Source of the DNA: an uncultured Verrucomicrobiae bacterium
GTDB lineage: Bacteria; Verrucomicrobiota; Verrucomicrobiia; Chthoniobacterales; UBA10450
Direction of reading: 5' to 3'
NCBI GenBank assembly: GCA_963735805.1
Contig: CAVTMK010000004.1
Span: 384,001 to 448,000, forward strand
DNA: 64,000 nucleotides
Every line of letters starts with the position of its first letter. Position 1 is the stretch's first letter. The notes below the pieces were generated by a model. That model saw nothing but the letters and a program-made list of their open reading frames with translations, did not search any database and had not been told where the DNA came from. Shown piece after piece: positions 47,407 to 57,730 of the stretch. The translations under genes and the position numbers were made by a program.

Positions 47407-49722
47407 ATGCAAACCAGCGACCTTAAGAGCGCACGACGACCGTTGTGGCAGCAGACGTGGATTTTGGCCCTTTTGTTGATCGCTCTCGTTTGCGTTGCAT
47501 ATGCCAGGGTCCTTAATGCCGGATTCATCTGGGACGATGAATCGCATTTGACCCAGAATCCCTGCATTATCGGTCCGTTGGGATTAAAGGAAATCTGGAC
47601 CACCGCGAGGGCCGTCTATTACCCGTTGGTGCTTACGACTTTCTGGGCTCTACATAAGGTCGTTGGTTTAACCCCTTGGCCATATCATCTTGTGAACGTG
47701 CTTCTGCACGCCGCGTCGGCGGTCTTGCTCTGGCAGATTCTGTGGCAACTCGAGGTTCGTGGCGCCTGGTTGGGAGCTGCTCTCTGGGCGCTGCATCCCG
47801 TAATGGTGCAATCGGTCGCATGGGTGACTGAGCTCAAAAACACGCAGTCGTGCCTCTTTTATCTCCTGTCGATTTTCTGTTTTTTGAAATGGAACCACAC
47901 GTCGCAAATTGTTCAGGTATCACAGGAGCAGAATGCGGTGAATCAACGAGAGGCGGCCTCTACGAATCCTCGGCAGCGCGCTGGAGACCCCTCTTCGATG
48001 TTATTCGCCTTGTCGTTGTGTTTTTTCATACTCGCGACTTTAAGCAAGCCTTCGGTGGTCATGTTACCTGTTGTACTTGCCCTGTGTGTCTGGTGGCGAG
48101 GAGGACGGATCAATCGCGGTAATGTTGCAGCGCTCGTTCCATTTGCGCTCGTATCGGCGATTGCCAGCGTGTGGACGATTTTCGAGCAAAAGTTTCACGC
48201 TGGGGCAATTGGTGCTGAATGGGCTCAGAGCTGGCCGGATCGCCTTATCATCGCGGGGCGCGCAATATGGTTTTATCTGGGAAAACTGGCCTGGCCGCAT
48301 TCGCTGGTGTTTATCTATCCGCGGTGGGATATTGATTCTTCCCAACTAAGCGCCTATTTGCCTCTCTTCGCAGCGTTAGCTGCGTTGCTCGTTTTGTGGT
48401 GGTTCTCCAGGAAATGGGGTCGGGCCGTATTTTTCGCCGCCGCCTACTATGTTGTTTCCTTGTTTCCGGTGCTCGGCTTTTTCGACGTTTTTTTCTTCCG
48501 TTACTCCTTTGTGAGCGATCATTTTCAATATCTGGCGAGCATGGGACCGCTGGCGCTAGGTGGCGCAGCAATTGTAACTGCTATAGGGCATTTCGGTGAA
48601 ACACCATCCCGGTTGGTGTCTCACACAGACGCCCTACAATTTTCTAATAATATCGCCGTTGTTAGATCGAAAACGTTTCTAGTGCCGGCAACCGCGGGAA
48701 TACTCCTGCTTCTGCTCCTTTTTTTGACATGGCGACAGACAGCCACCTACCATGATCTTGTCTCCCTTTACACAGCGACACTAAGGAAGAATCCCGGTTG
48801 CTGGATGGCACATTATAATTTGGGCATTGCTCTCAATGAACGGGGGAAGACCGATGAGGCGATTGCTCATTATCAGGAGGCCATCAAGCTGCGGCCAAGT
48901 TATGCCGAGGCGCATTACAATCTGGGCCGACTTCTTGCGGAGAAGGGGCAGCTCAACGATGCGGTTACTCATTACGAGCGGGCACTGGAAATAAACCCTG
49001 CCGATGCAGAAGCCCGTAACAATTTTGGCGTCACGCTTTTTGGGATCGGACGTGTGGACGAGGCAATTACTCATTATGAGGAAGCGCTGAAGATCAGGCC
49101 AGATTACGCAGAAGCCTCTTGCAATCTGGCGAACGCGCTTCTTTCAAAGGGGGATTTGGATGGGGCTATTGCCCGTTATTCGAAATGCCTGGCTCTATCC
49201 CCAAATCAGGCTGAAGCCCAGTACAACCTTGCGAGCGCCTTACTCCGAAGGGGTCAGACGGATGAGGCGATTGCGCATTACCGGAAAGTACTCGAGCTGC
49301 AGGCGGATAACGCAGATGCCCATGCGAATCTGGGAAGCGCTTATCTTGCAAAGGGAGACGTCCGAGAAGCGATCACTGAATACCGAAATGCCCTTAGGGT
49401 TTCTCCGGAAAATGTGCCGGCGCAAAGTAATCTGGCCTGGCTCCTGGCAACCTCCGCAGACTCCTCGCTTAGAAACGGATCAGAGGCTGTGATTTTGGCT
49501 GAACAGGCGGACTCGGAAAGCTCCCGAAGTGACAATCACACGATTGTTCTGCGCATCCTGGCTGCGGCATATGCTGAAACTGGCCGTTTTGGTGAGGCCA
49601 AGCAAACCGCTCAACAGGCCTTGCAAGCAGCTGAAGTCCAAGGAAACTCCACTCTAGCCGATGCGCTGCGCGACGAAATCGCGCTCTACGACCTGGGCTT
49701 GCCGTATCACAAGGAACGATAA
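47407..49722 (+). CDS. TMTC-like GT-C membrane protein with C-terminal TPR repeats (paralogue 1)
   Basis: FIWDD, YYPL, YHLVNVLLH, HPVMVQSVAWVTELKN, SKP and SDHFQY; about 7 TPRs. Confidence 0.85.
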   Translation: MQTSDLKSARRPLWQQTWILALLLIALVCVAYARVLNAGFIWDDESHLTQNPCIIGPLGLKEIWTTARAVYYPLVLTTFWALHKVVGLTPWPYHLVNVLLHAASAVLLWQILWQLEVRGAWLGAALWALHPVMVQSVAWVTELKNTQSCLFYLLSIFCFLKWNHTSQIVQVSQEQNAVNQREAASTNPRQRAGDPSSMLFALSLCFFILATLSKPSVVMLPVVLALCVWWRGGRINRGNVAALVPFALVSAIASVWTIFEQKFHAGAIGAEWAQSWPDRLIIAGRAIWFYLGKLAWPHSLVFIYPRWDIDSSQLSAYLPLFAALAALLVLWWFSRKWGRAVFFAAAYYVVSLFPVLGFFDVFFFRYSFVSDHFQYLASMGPLALGGAAIVTAIGHFGETPSRLVSHTDALQFSNNIAVVRSKTFLVPATAGILLLLLLFLTWRQTATYHDLVSLYTATLRKNPGCWMAHYNLGIALNERGKTDEAIAHYQEAIKLRPSYAEAHYNLGRLLAEKGQLNDAVTHYERALEINPADAEARNNFGVTLFGIGRVDEAITHYEEALKIRPDYAEASCNLANALLSKGDLDGAIARYSKCLALSPNQAEAQYNLASALLRRGQTDEAIAHYRKVLELQADNADAHANLGSAYLAKGDVREAITEYRNALRVSPENVPAQSNLAWLLATSADSSLRNGSEAVILAEQADSESSRSDNHTIVLRILAAAYAETGRFGEAKQTAQQALQAAEVQGNSTLADALRDEIALYDLGLPYHKER

Positions 49723-49791
49723 GACCCCTCTGTAATGCCGCTCATTGAGCATGCCGTGCAAACTTGGAAAAAAACGTGGCCGGTAGTGTCG

Positions 49792-51882
49792 TTACTTCCC
49801 GGGAAGTGTTTGGCGGAGCGGAAGACCTATCTGGTAGAGAGCGATGTCGCCTTGAAGAAGGTGCGCAATCTCGAGGTTGTTTTGGCTGGTAGCTGTCGTT
49901 ATTCCTCGTTGAGCCACTTCGATCGCTTCCGAGAACTGGCCCGCCTCTGCGCACGCAGCAGCCAGCGCTCGGAGAAACTTTGGATCTTCAGTATTAGAAA
50001 GCTTTACCGCCTTTTTCGCGAACTCGACCGCTTTTTTCCCGTCGCGGATCGAGGCATCGGGAGCTGTCGCAAGCACCCAGGCAATGTTGATGCGAGAATG
50101 GGGATCCTCGGGAGCTAACGCTAGCGCCCTTTCGTAATCGGCGACTGCCTCGTGTAATGAGCCCTTTCGCAAAAGAGCGTTACCGAGGCTAGTGTAGGCA
50201 TCCGGGTCATTGGGTTGTATCTGAAGAGTTTTTTCCCAGTCAGCGATTGCTTCGTCGACGTGACCTTTTGAAAAAAGAACGTTTCCGCGGTTGTAATAGG
50301 CATCTGCATAATACGGCTGCAATTTAATCGCTTCCTCGTAATGGACCATCGCTTCGTCGGATTGCCCTTTTCTAGCAAGAGCGTCGGCGAGATTCATTTG
50401 CACAAAAGCTGAACCCGCGTCGTAGTGGGCATCTCGTTTACCAGACCTGATCTTTGCGGCAGCTTCGAAATGTAAGATTGCCTGGTCCAGATCGCCGCGA
50501 TCGACGCAAAGGTATCCGAGATTATTATGCGCTACGTCGTTGTCGGCCGTCACCGCGAGAGCACGGTTCCAAAGAGTCTCGCTATTGCGCCAATAAGAAG
50601 CTTGTGTGAATGCCGCCCATGCCAGGGCGAAGATAGCTAAGAATGCGACTGCGGTGGTTACGACAAGACGTGGCGGTGACTTACGGACCATTGCTACGTC
50701 TGCACTTAACCAGACCACAATTACGAACAGACCTACATGAGGGAGATACGTGTAACGGTCGGCATGGCCTTGTTCTCCAACCTGGACGATGCCAATCACT
50801 GGGGCGAGCATAACGAGATACCAGAACCACCCGGTTAAGAGGTATGGAATGCGGCGTCGGTAAACGATTGCCGTAGCCGTGATCGCCAGTACCGACACAA
50901 TCGCGAGGATCACTTCGCCGATCGGCAGAGTGTCGTTTGGATGAGGATAGAAGACCGCGAGGTGGGTTGGCCACACTGTTTTCCAGGCGTAAATCACGTA
51001 ACACATGAAAGCGTTTTCCACACGCCAGAGAAACGGCAGCGGCGGGATTGCACCTGTGGCGCGTTTCTGGAGAAGGAACGTGATAACGCAGGCGACTGTT
51101 GAAAGAACTATCAAGGGAATTTTTTCCAGGATTAAGAACCGTGTGACAAACTTTTGTCCGCTGCCGGTAAGGTTCTCACCGCTGGAAACGGATTGTTCAA
51201 AACGGCGTAGTGGCCAGTAATCAAGCAGCAGAAGCACAATAGGGGTGCTTACCAGCATTGCCTTCGACATGAGCCCTGCCGCGAACAGAACCACAACCGC
51301 CAAATAGCGCCTTGCCGATACTGCCCGCGTATACCAGGCATATGTTCCGAGCGTGAGAAAAAAGAAGACTGCGCTCAAAACGTCTTTTCGCTCGCTCACC
51401 CATGCTACGGATTCCACGTGCAATGGGTGCACCGCGAAAAGCGCCGCGACAATCGCACTCCTCCATACTGCGCCGGTCATCTGCTGCAGCACACGAAACA
51501 GCAGAAGCACGGCAATAACGTGCAAGATGACGTTCGTAGCGTGGTGCCCGCCAGCATTTAACCCGTAGAGCTGGCAGTCCAGCATATGTGACAAAGTCGT
51601 TAATGGATGCCAGTTGCTCGCGTGAGAGCTGGTAAACGCATGTATTATCGCGTTTATCGTTAATCCGGCTTTAATACCTGGCGCATCGTAGACATATAAA
51701 TGATCATCGAAATTAACGAAATCATAATGAATTGTCTGGGCGAACACGGCCAGGCTAATTCCAACAAGGACGATGTATATGAGTACGATTATGGCAGAGT
51801 TAGGGCGGCCTTCTGCAAAACGCCCTACCTTCTTACCAGTGTGCCGCTTCTTGTTAGTAACTATTGGTCGGCTAGTTGGCAT
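49792..51882 (-). CDS. TMTC-like GT-C + TPR protein (paralogue 2)
   Basis: FVNFDD, NWHPLT, HPLHVESVAWVSERKD, SKAM, ADRYTYLP and WRNSETLW; TPRs. Confidence 0.87.
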   Translation of the reverse strand: MPTSRPIVTNKKRHTGKKVGRFAEGRPNSAIIVLIYIVLVGISLAVFAQTIHYDFVNFDDHLYVYDAPGIKAGLTINAIIHAFTSSHASNWHPLTTLSHMLDCQLYGLNAGGHHATNVILHVIAVLLLFRVLQQMTGAVWRSAIVAALFAVHPLHVESVAWVSERKDVLSAVFFFLTLGTYAWYTRAVSARRYLAVVVLFAAGLMSKAMLVSTPIVLLLLDYWPLRRFEQSVSSGENLTGSGQKFVTRFLILEKIPLIVLSTVACVITFLLQKRATGAIPPLPFLWRVENAFMCYVIYAWKTVWPTHLAVFYPHPNDTLPIGEVILAIVSVLAITATAIVYRRRIPYLLTGWFWYLVMLAPVIGIVQVGEQGHADRYTYLPHVGLFVIVVWLSADVAMVRKSPPRLVVTTAVAFLAIFALAWAAFTQASYWRNSETLWNRALAVTADNDVAHNNLGYLCVDRGDLDQAILHFEAAAKIRSGKRDAHYDAGSAFVQMNLADALARKGQSDEAMVHYEEAIKLQPYYADAYYNRGNVLFSKGHVDEAIADWEKTLQIQPNDPDAYTSLGNALLRKGSLHEAVADYERALALAPEDPHSRINIAWVLATAPDASIRDGKKAVEFAKKAVKLSNTEDPKFLRALAAACAEAGQFSEAIEVAQRGITTATSQNNLEIAHLLQGDIALYQIGLPLRQTLPGK

Positions 51883-53752
51883 GTGTTAGACTAAAATCCC
51901 GCAGCGGTTGCTGTGTTTGGTACAGTGCAATGTTTCCCTGTAGCTCGGCGACAAGGCCAGGGCTTCCCTGGCTGTTAGCCAAGTCCATTCCTTCCTGCGC
52001 AATCTCGATTGCTTTGGAGTAGTCACCAACTTCCGCATAAGCCGCTGCTAATGTGCGAAAGAGTATTGGGATTCGCCGGCCGGAAATGCGCAGTGCCTCG
52101 GAAGCAAGTTGAACCGCTTTATTGCCGTCGCGAAGAGAATCGTCGGGTGAGGTCGCGAACACCCATGCAAGATTGCTCATGGCGTTTCCATTGTCGGTTT
52201 GGATGGTCAATACCTTTTGCCATTCCTCAACGGCCTCTCTGGCGCGACCTTGCTGGATCAGAATTGTGCCCACAATGTTGTGGACTTCGATGTTGTCGGG
52301 CTGCAACTCAAGTAACTTGCGGTAGTGAATTAGGGCGTCCGAAACTTTACCTTTCTGGAGAAGAGCCTTGGCAAGATTCTCATGGGCAGGACTGTTGTCG
52401 GGTCGAAGATCAACGGCTGCTTGTAGCAGCGAGATGGCTTCGTCCAAGTTACCTTGTCGCAAATACACTATTCCGAGGTTGTTTTCGGCAACATCGTTGT
52501 TTGTGGTTACTGCAAGCGCGTGCTTGAACAACGTTTCGCTATCGCGCCAATACTCGGTTTGCACCCAGGCGCTCCAGCTCAAAACTACGATGGTCAGTAA
52601 TCCAGCCGCGCTCAGAGTTGTACGGCGACGTGGCCACAAGCTTGTGATATCGGCCACCGCCCATGTGACCGCCATGTATAGACCGATCTGGGGCAAATAA
52701 GTGTATCGGTCAGCGCGTCCCTGCCACCCGACTTGCACCACTCCGATCACCGGCACAAGCATTCCTAGGTACCACAACCAACCTGTGATCAGGTAGGGCC
52801 GTTGTTTTCGAAGAGTGATAGCTATGGAGGTAACGCAAATTAAAAGAAGGAGTGAGGAGATAATTTCCCAAAGCGGTAGCCGGTTTTCCGGATGCGGGTA
52901 GAACACTGCCAGGTTGACCGGCCAGAGCATTTGCCAGATGTAGAGCACATAACTGACTACCGCGTTGTTGATTCGTTCTAATATCGGCAACTCCTCGGTC
53001 CAGCCAACCGCGCCTTTCTGTGCGACTAACGTGGCAATACTCGAAACGGCCGAAAGGGCAATCAACGGGACTTTTTCTAACACGCGCATCCACACCTGGC
53101 CTTTGATTCTATTGAGCGGCCAGTAGTCGAGAAGCAAGAGAACAAACGGCGATGTTACCAGCATCGGTTTGGACATGAGTCCACAGGCAAGGACGGATGC
53201 AAGGACGAGATAACGCGTAATCCGTGGTGAACGTGCGTAATGCACGTAGGCAAGCAGTGTGAGCATGAAGAAGACTCCGCTCAGGACGTCCTTGCGCTCT
53301 GCTATCCAGGCAACCGATTCCACGCGTAACGGATGGATTGCGAACACCGCCGCTACGAAGGCGCTACGCCAAAATGCACCAGTCATTTGCTGGAGTGCGA
53401 TAAAAAGAAGGACCGCTGCGATGGTGTGCAGGAGAACATTGGTAAAGTGATGCCACCCCGCTTTTAGCCCATATAACTGGCAGTCGAGCATGTGCGAAAT
53501 GGTGGTCAACGGATGCCAGTTCATGGAATGAACATGAGTGAATGCCCAGGCAATGCCGCTGATGCTTAGCCCGCCTGTTATCTTCGTGTTTTCATAGACG
53601 TAGCGCGGATCATCATAGTTGACGAAGTCATGCCAAAGGGTTTGGCCAAAAACAAGCCAGGTCAGCGCGGCCAGCGCGATGCAGATGCCAATCACCTGGC
53701 AGCGACGATTGGGTCGTGATGGAGCTAATTGAGCGTTACTGATTTGCTGCAT
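51872..53752 (-). CDS. TMTC-like GT-C + TPR protein (paralogue 3)
   Basis: FVNYDD, NWHPLT, HPLRVESVAWIAERKD, SKPM, ADRYTYLP and WRDSETLF; TPRs. Confidence 0.87.
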   Translation of the reverse strand: MQQISNAQLAPSRPNRRCQVIGICIALAALTWLVFGQTLWHDFVNYDDPRYVYENTKITGGLSISGIAWAFTHVHSMNWHPLTTISHMLDCQLYGLKAGWHHFTNVLLHTIAAVLLFIALQQMTGAFWRSAFVAAVFAIHPLRVESVAWIAERKDVLSGVFFMLTLLAYVHYARSPRITRYLVLASVLACGLMSKPMLVTSPFVLLLLDYWPLNRIKGQVWMRVLEKVPLIALSAVSSIATLVAQKGAVGWTEELPILERINNAVVSYVLYIWQMLWPVNLAVFYPHPENRLPLWEIISSLLLLICVTSIAITLRKQRPYLITGWLWYLGMLVPVIGVVQVGWQGRADRYTYLPQIGLYMAVTWAVADITSLWPRRRTTLSAAGLLTIVVLSWSAWVQTEYWRDSETLFKHALAVTTNNDVAENNLGIVYLRQGNLDEAISLLQAAVDLRPDNSPAHENLAKALLQKGKVSDALIHYRKLLELQPDNIEVHNIVGTILIQQGRAREAVEEWQKVLTIQTDNGNAMSNLAWVFATSPDDSLRDGNKAVQLASEALRISGRRIPILFRTLAAAYAEVGDYSKAIEIAQEGMDLANSQGSPGLVAELQGNIALYQTQQPLRDFSLTHAN

Positions 53753-53768
53753 CCCTCGATCCTGCGTA

Positions 53769-53868
53769 AATGACGAATCAAATCTGGAAAACGAAACTCG
53801 AAAGGGTGCGAATCTCGTCGCCCGGTCATTAGGTATCCCCCCCGGTCATTCGTTCGGAATTCGTCATT
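53769..53868. repeat. 100-bp MITE/REP-like element with 10-bp terminal inverted repeats
   Basis: AATGACGAAT (53769-53778) ... ATTCGTCATT (53859-53868); internal CCCGGTCATT twice. Confidence 0.55.
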
Positions 53869-55483
53869 GATCGGATTTCCTCTCGTAGATCAAAACGTAT
53901 TTGCCGAGTTGTGGCACTGACTGGGGAACGTTACCAAAATAGTAATCTGTTCTGTCCGGTGCGACCATGTTCACGAAACCGGCAATAGTGTAGTTTTGCG
54001 CCGTATATTCATTAGCCCAGGTGAAAATCTTCCGCTCGGATTTCGGCCGTTGCAGCCAGGAGTCTGGCATTACCACAAAAATCAGAAATTTTGGGTGAGC
54101 ACGTTCTATCTCCCGAATCATTTCTTGTTGCATTTGGTTCGCATACTTTTGGGCTTCCATCAGGCCGTAAGTGTAAATGTAACCAGTTGCGGAATGCCGA
54201 TTAGAATAAAAATAGATCTGCGGCTCGGAGCCTAGCACAGCAATCGTGTCGCTTGGGCTTGTTCGGTCGCGCAGATATTCTCCAATTCTGATGGATTCTG
54301 CGAAAGGACTTTCCGGATAAATCATTCGGGAAGCGTCAGCCGGAGCGGCTTGGAAAAAGAACTTTTTGTCGGCAATAATCGGCAAGGCAAGAGCAGCTCC
54401 GAAAACCAGGAAGCAGAAGAATGGAGCCAGAATTCCTCGAGTTACGATGAGATCGGACAATCTGCTGATTGCAACACCCGCAAGTAGCGAAACAGCTGGC
54501 AGCACCAGGACAAAATAGTGCAAGCGAAAATAGAATCCGGGGCATAACGCTAATACAGAGAAGAAGAAAAAGCCGAGCAGAAAAATTGCGGCGCTACGCG
54601 TTCGTCGTTGCAATAAGCCAGCCACGGGGCCAATTCCAGCCAGGATCCAGATTGGCCACCCGCCCACAAGCACTTCTTTTGCGCTGTAAAAGAAAAATTG
54701 CGGCGCTTGGCTGAAAGGAACCAGGCTACCATATTGACGCGCGTAATCGATTGTCCAAAACCAGAACCGCTCGAACACGCCGGCTCTCCAGAGAAGCAGG
54801 CAAGTGACTGCTAATGGAAGAACGACGCCAACACTGAACGTCAGGCCTTGCACGAGAATATTTTTAGCGCGCACTCGGCGATGCAGATTGCTGTAGAGGA
54901 GATAAATCACTCCAAAAGCAGCGAAAAAAACTGCCGGTTGCTTCATCAACAGCCCGATCCCAAAAAGTAACCCGCTTGCGAATAGCTTTCCTAACCGTTG
55001 ACGATCCGATGAGCTGAACAGGAGCAAAGTTCCACCGAGAACGGGGAGCAACACAAAATGTGTGGCGTGTCCGGCGAACCCCAGCACCGATGGATTTACC
55101 GACAACACCGCATAGCTCATCGCAGCTGCAAGCCCTGCGATGGGATTCATCAGTCGCCGACCCAGGAAAAAGACCAGGACGACAGTGGCTGCATTTACCA
55201 CGAGCAGACCCAGATGGATTCCGACGGTGGTTTGTCCAAAGACCGACATGATCAAGGCGTAGGCGGCATAGGTGCCCGGGAACTTCATGTTGTAGGCGAG
55301 CTGGTACGGTGGAATGCCTTGCAATATGAGCTGGCCGGCATAAGCGTACTCGCCCTCATCGCGTTCGAGCGGAATTCCCAAGAGACGAATCCTGATTGCA
55401 ACGACGAGAGTGAAAACGATTGTCGCCAGAGCCCACCATGCAAACTGCACGAGGTTTCCGTTAAGGTCGGTCTTACGCACCAC
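53864..55483 (-). CDS. GT-C fold (ArnT/PMT-like) membrane glycosyltransferase
   Basis: LERDEGEY acidic first-loop motif, KFPG, MKQ and HYFVLVLP; many TMs; AGGAG RBS before a GTG start. Confidence 0.78.
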   Translation of the reverse strand: MVRKTDLNGNLVQFAWWALATIVFTLVVAIRIRLLGIPLERDEGEYAYAGQLILQGIPPYQLAYNMKFPGTYAAYALIMSVFGQTTVGIHLGLLVVNAATVVLVFFLGRRLMNPIAGLAAAMSYAVLSVNPSVLGFAGHATHFVLLPVLGGTLLLFSSSDRQRLGKLFASGLLFGIGLLMKQPAVFFAAFGVIYLLYSNLHRRVRAKNILVQGLTFSVGVVLPLAVTCLLLWRAGVFERFWFWTIDYARQYGSLVPFSQAPQFFFYSAKEVLVGGWPIWILAGIGPVAGLLQRRTRSAAIFLLGFFFFSVLALCPGFYFRLHYFVLVLPAVSLLAGVAISRLSDLIVTRGILAPFFCFLVFGAALALPIIADKKFFFQAAPADASRMIYPESPFAESIRIGEYLRDRTSPSDTIAVLGSEPQIYFYSNRHSATGYIYTYGLMEAQKYANQMQQEMIREIERAHPKFLIFVVMPDSWLQRPKSERKIFTWANEYTAQNYTIAGFVNMVAPDRTDYYFGNVPQSVPQLGKYVLIYERKSDQ

Positions 55484-55637
55484 GAAAGCTCCTATTTCGA
55501 TGAGAAACGCAAGGTTGCAACCGAAGGTGGCGCTCAAAATTTCGGGTGGAGCACCAAACAGAGGAGGCGCCCCCGAGTCGCCGCACTCCAACTCCAAAAG
55601 CTATCGCGAGTTGATTTCGATCGGCAGCGGCTAGCGT

Positions 55638-57704
55638 ATGCACCAAATCGCCAGGCGCATCTTTTCCCCGCGTGGTCGCGTGTTGATTTTCGCTGTCGTT
55701 CTGACGGCCGTTACGATTCTTGCGTACCGACCTGCGTGGCATGGGGGATTTCTGTGGGACGACGACGACTATATCATCAAAAACCAATTGTTAACTGCCC
55801 CGGACGGTTGGCAGCGGATTTGGTTTTCTCTCGATTCCCCCTCGCAGTATTTCCCATTCACTTACAGCACATTTCGGCTCGAGCACGCCTTATGGGGCTT
55901 GAACACGACTGGTTATCACTGGGTCAACCTTCTGCTTCATGTTGGCAATGCACTTCTGGTCTGGGCGGTGCTAGCGCGGTTAAAAGTACCCGGCTCATGG
56001 TTAGCTGCGGCAATTTTCGCGCTACATCCCGTGCAGGTCGAGTCGGTGGCATGGATCACCGAACGCAAGAACGTGCTGATGGGATTTTTCTTTTTGCTGA
56101 CGCTGCTTGCCTGGACGGTGTTTGTTGACGAACGAACCCGACGTCCATCGATCTTTTATTGCCTGGCATTGGTTTGCTATGTGCTGGCGCTCTCGGCGAA
56201 GGCAACCGCTTGCACCCTCCCGGCTGCATTGTTCCTGATCCTTTGGTTGGGGAAAAAGCCGATCACAGTGCGCCGTCTGATCCAAATTCTTCCTTTTGTC
56301 GTTCTGGCTACTGGCACGGGGTTACTCGCGGTTTGGTGGGAACGCTACCATCAGGGCACGAACCCCGGCCTATTCACCTTTCTGAGCCCGATCGAACGGA
56401 TTCTCGTCGCAAGCCACGCTGTTTGGTTTTACCTGAGCAAAATCTTTTGGCCATCGAATCTCACCTTTATTTATCCGAGATGGAACATCTCGCCGGCGAA
56501 TTTGATGGACTACATCTGGTTGGTCGCGGGCATTATGGCGTGCGTGGCCATTTATTTCATTAGGCCATATTTCGGACGCAGTGTCGAAGTCGCGGCCGCG
56601 TTTTTCGTTGCCACGCTTACACCCGTGCTGGGATTTATCATGCTGTTCACGTTTCGCTATACGTTCGTGGCAGACCATTATCAATATCTGGCGTGCATCG
56701 GACCAATTGCGCTTGCGAGCGCGGGCATAGTCAATTTGTCGGACAAATTTGCGCAGTACCGCGGAGTTATTGTAAGCGTCGCGTTGTTAGTCGTTGCAAG
56801 CTTGGGAACGTTGACGTGGCGGCAAGCCGCGACGTACACCGATATTGAAACACTTTGGCGCACTACACTTGCGAGAAACCCCGAATGCTGGATGGCTCAC
56901 ACGAATCTGGGTCTTGTTCTCATTCAGAAAGGCGAGATCGACGACGGCATCGCTCATTACCGGTCGGCTCTGCAAATGCAGCCCGACTCGTGGGACGCCG
57001 AGTACAATCTCGGTATGGCGCTGGTGAGAAAAGGTCAGGTGGACGAGGCTATCCGACATTGCGAACGGGCCGTACGCATGCGACCAACGGATCCGGATGC
57101 TCAGGTCTCGTTAGGCGACGCGCTGCTTCGAAAAGGCCGAATCGACGACGCAATCGATCATTACCATAAGGCAATGATGGTCCGCCCCGATCACTTTCTC
57201 TCCCTTTACGGACTTTGCCAAGCGTTACTGCAGAAAGGCGAACTCGACAGCGCCATCCAGGTTTGTCGGAGTGCACTGGTGCACTGGCCTTTGGATGCAG
57301 ATTGTCACACGGCGCTGGCCATCGCGCTCGAGGAAAAGGGCGAGCCCGCGGCGGCAATCCAACATTACGAAAAAGCGTTGGAGGTTGCACCCAAGTCGAT
57401 TTCGACGCTGACCAATCTAGCTTGGCTGCTGGCGACATCTCAAGACGCATCAGTCCGAAACGGTCCGAAGGCCGTTGAGCTTGCGGGACGAGCCGATCGA
57501 CTGGTCGGAGGCACGAATGCTCTTGTGTTGCGTACCCTGGCAGCGGCGTACGCAGAGAAAGGCGAGTTTGCGAACGCGATTAGAACTGCCCGCTCTGCGA
57601 TGCAACTCGCACGGATGCGCAGCGATGATTCTCTCGGGAGGGATCTCGATCAAGAAATCGCATTATATCAACTCGGGATGCCGTACCGCGAAACAGCGAA
57701 ATAG
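55638..57704 (+). CDS. TMTC-like GT-C + TPR protein (paralogue 4)
   Basis: FLWDDDDY, YFPF, YHWVNLLLH, HPVQVESVAWITERKN and ADHYQY; TPRs. Confidence 0.87.
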   Translation: MHQIARRIFSPRGRVLIFAVVLTAVTILAYRPAWHGGFLWDDDDYIIKNQLLTAPDGWQRIWFSLDSPSQYFPFTYSTFRLEHALWGLNTTGYHWVNLLLHVGNALLVWAVLARLKVPGSWLAAAIFALHPVQVESVAWITERKNVLMGFFFLLTLLAWTVFVDERTRRPSIFYCLALVCYVLALSAKATACTLPAALFLILWLGKKPITVRRLIQILPFVVLATGTGLLAVWWERYHQGTNPGLFTFLSPIERILVASHAVWFYLSKIFWPSNLTFIYPRWNISPANLMDYIWLVAGIMACVAIYFIRPYFGRSVEVAAAFFVATLTPVLGFIMLFTFRYTFVADHYQYLACIGPIALASAGIVNLSDKFAQYRGVIVSVALLVVASLGTLTWRQAATYTDIETLWRTTLARNPECWMAHTNLGLVLIQKGEIDDGIAHYRSALQMQPDSWDAEYNLGMALVRKGQVDEAIRHCERAVRMRPTDPDAQVSLGDALLRKGRIDDAIDHYHKAMMVRPDHFLSLYGLCQALLQKGELDSAIQVCRSALVHWPLDADCHTALAIALEEKGEPAAAIQHYEKALEVAPKSISTLTNLAWLLATSQDASVRNGPKAVELAGRADRLVGGTNALVLRTLAAAYAEKGEFANAIRTARSAMQLARMRSDDSLGRDLDQEIALYQLGMPYRETAK

Positions 57705-57730
57705 TGCCGAGCGCGGGCGAATCGTTTCCA

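Noticed and set aside
55058..56128. 356-aa plus-strand ORF
   Set aside because: Overlaps two well-supported genes (one antisense, one out of frame) and has no domain signal.
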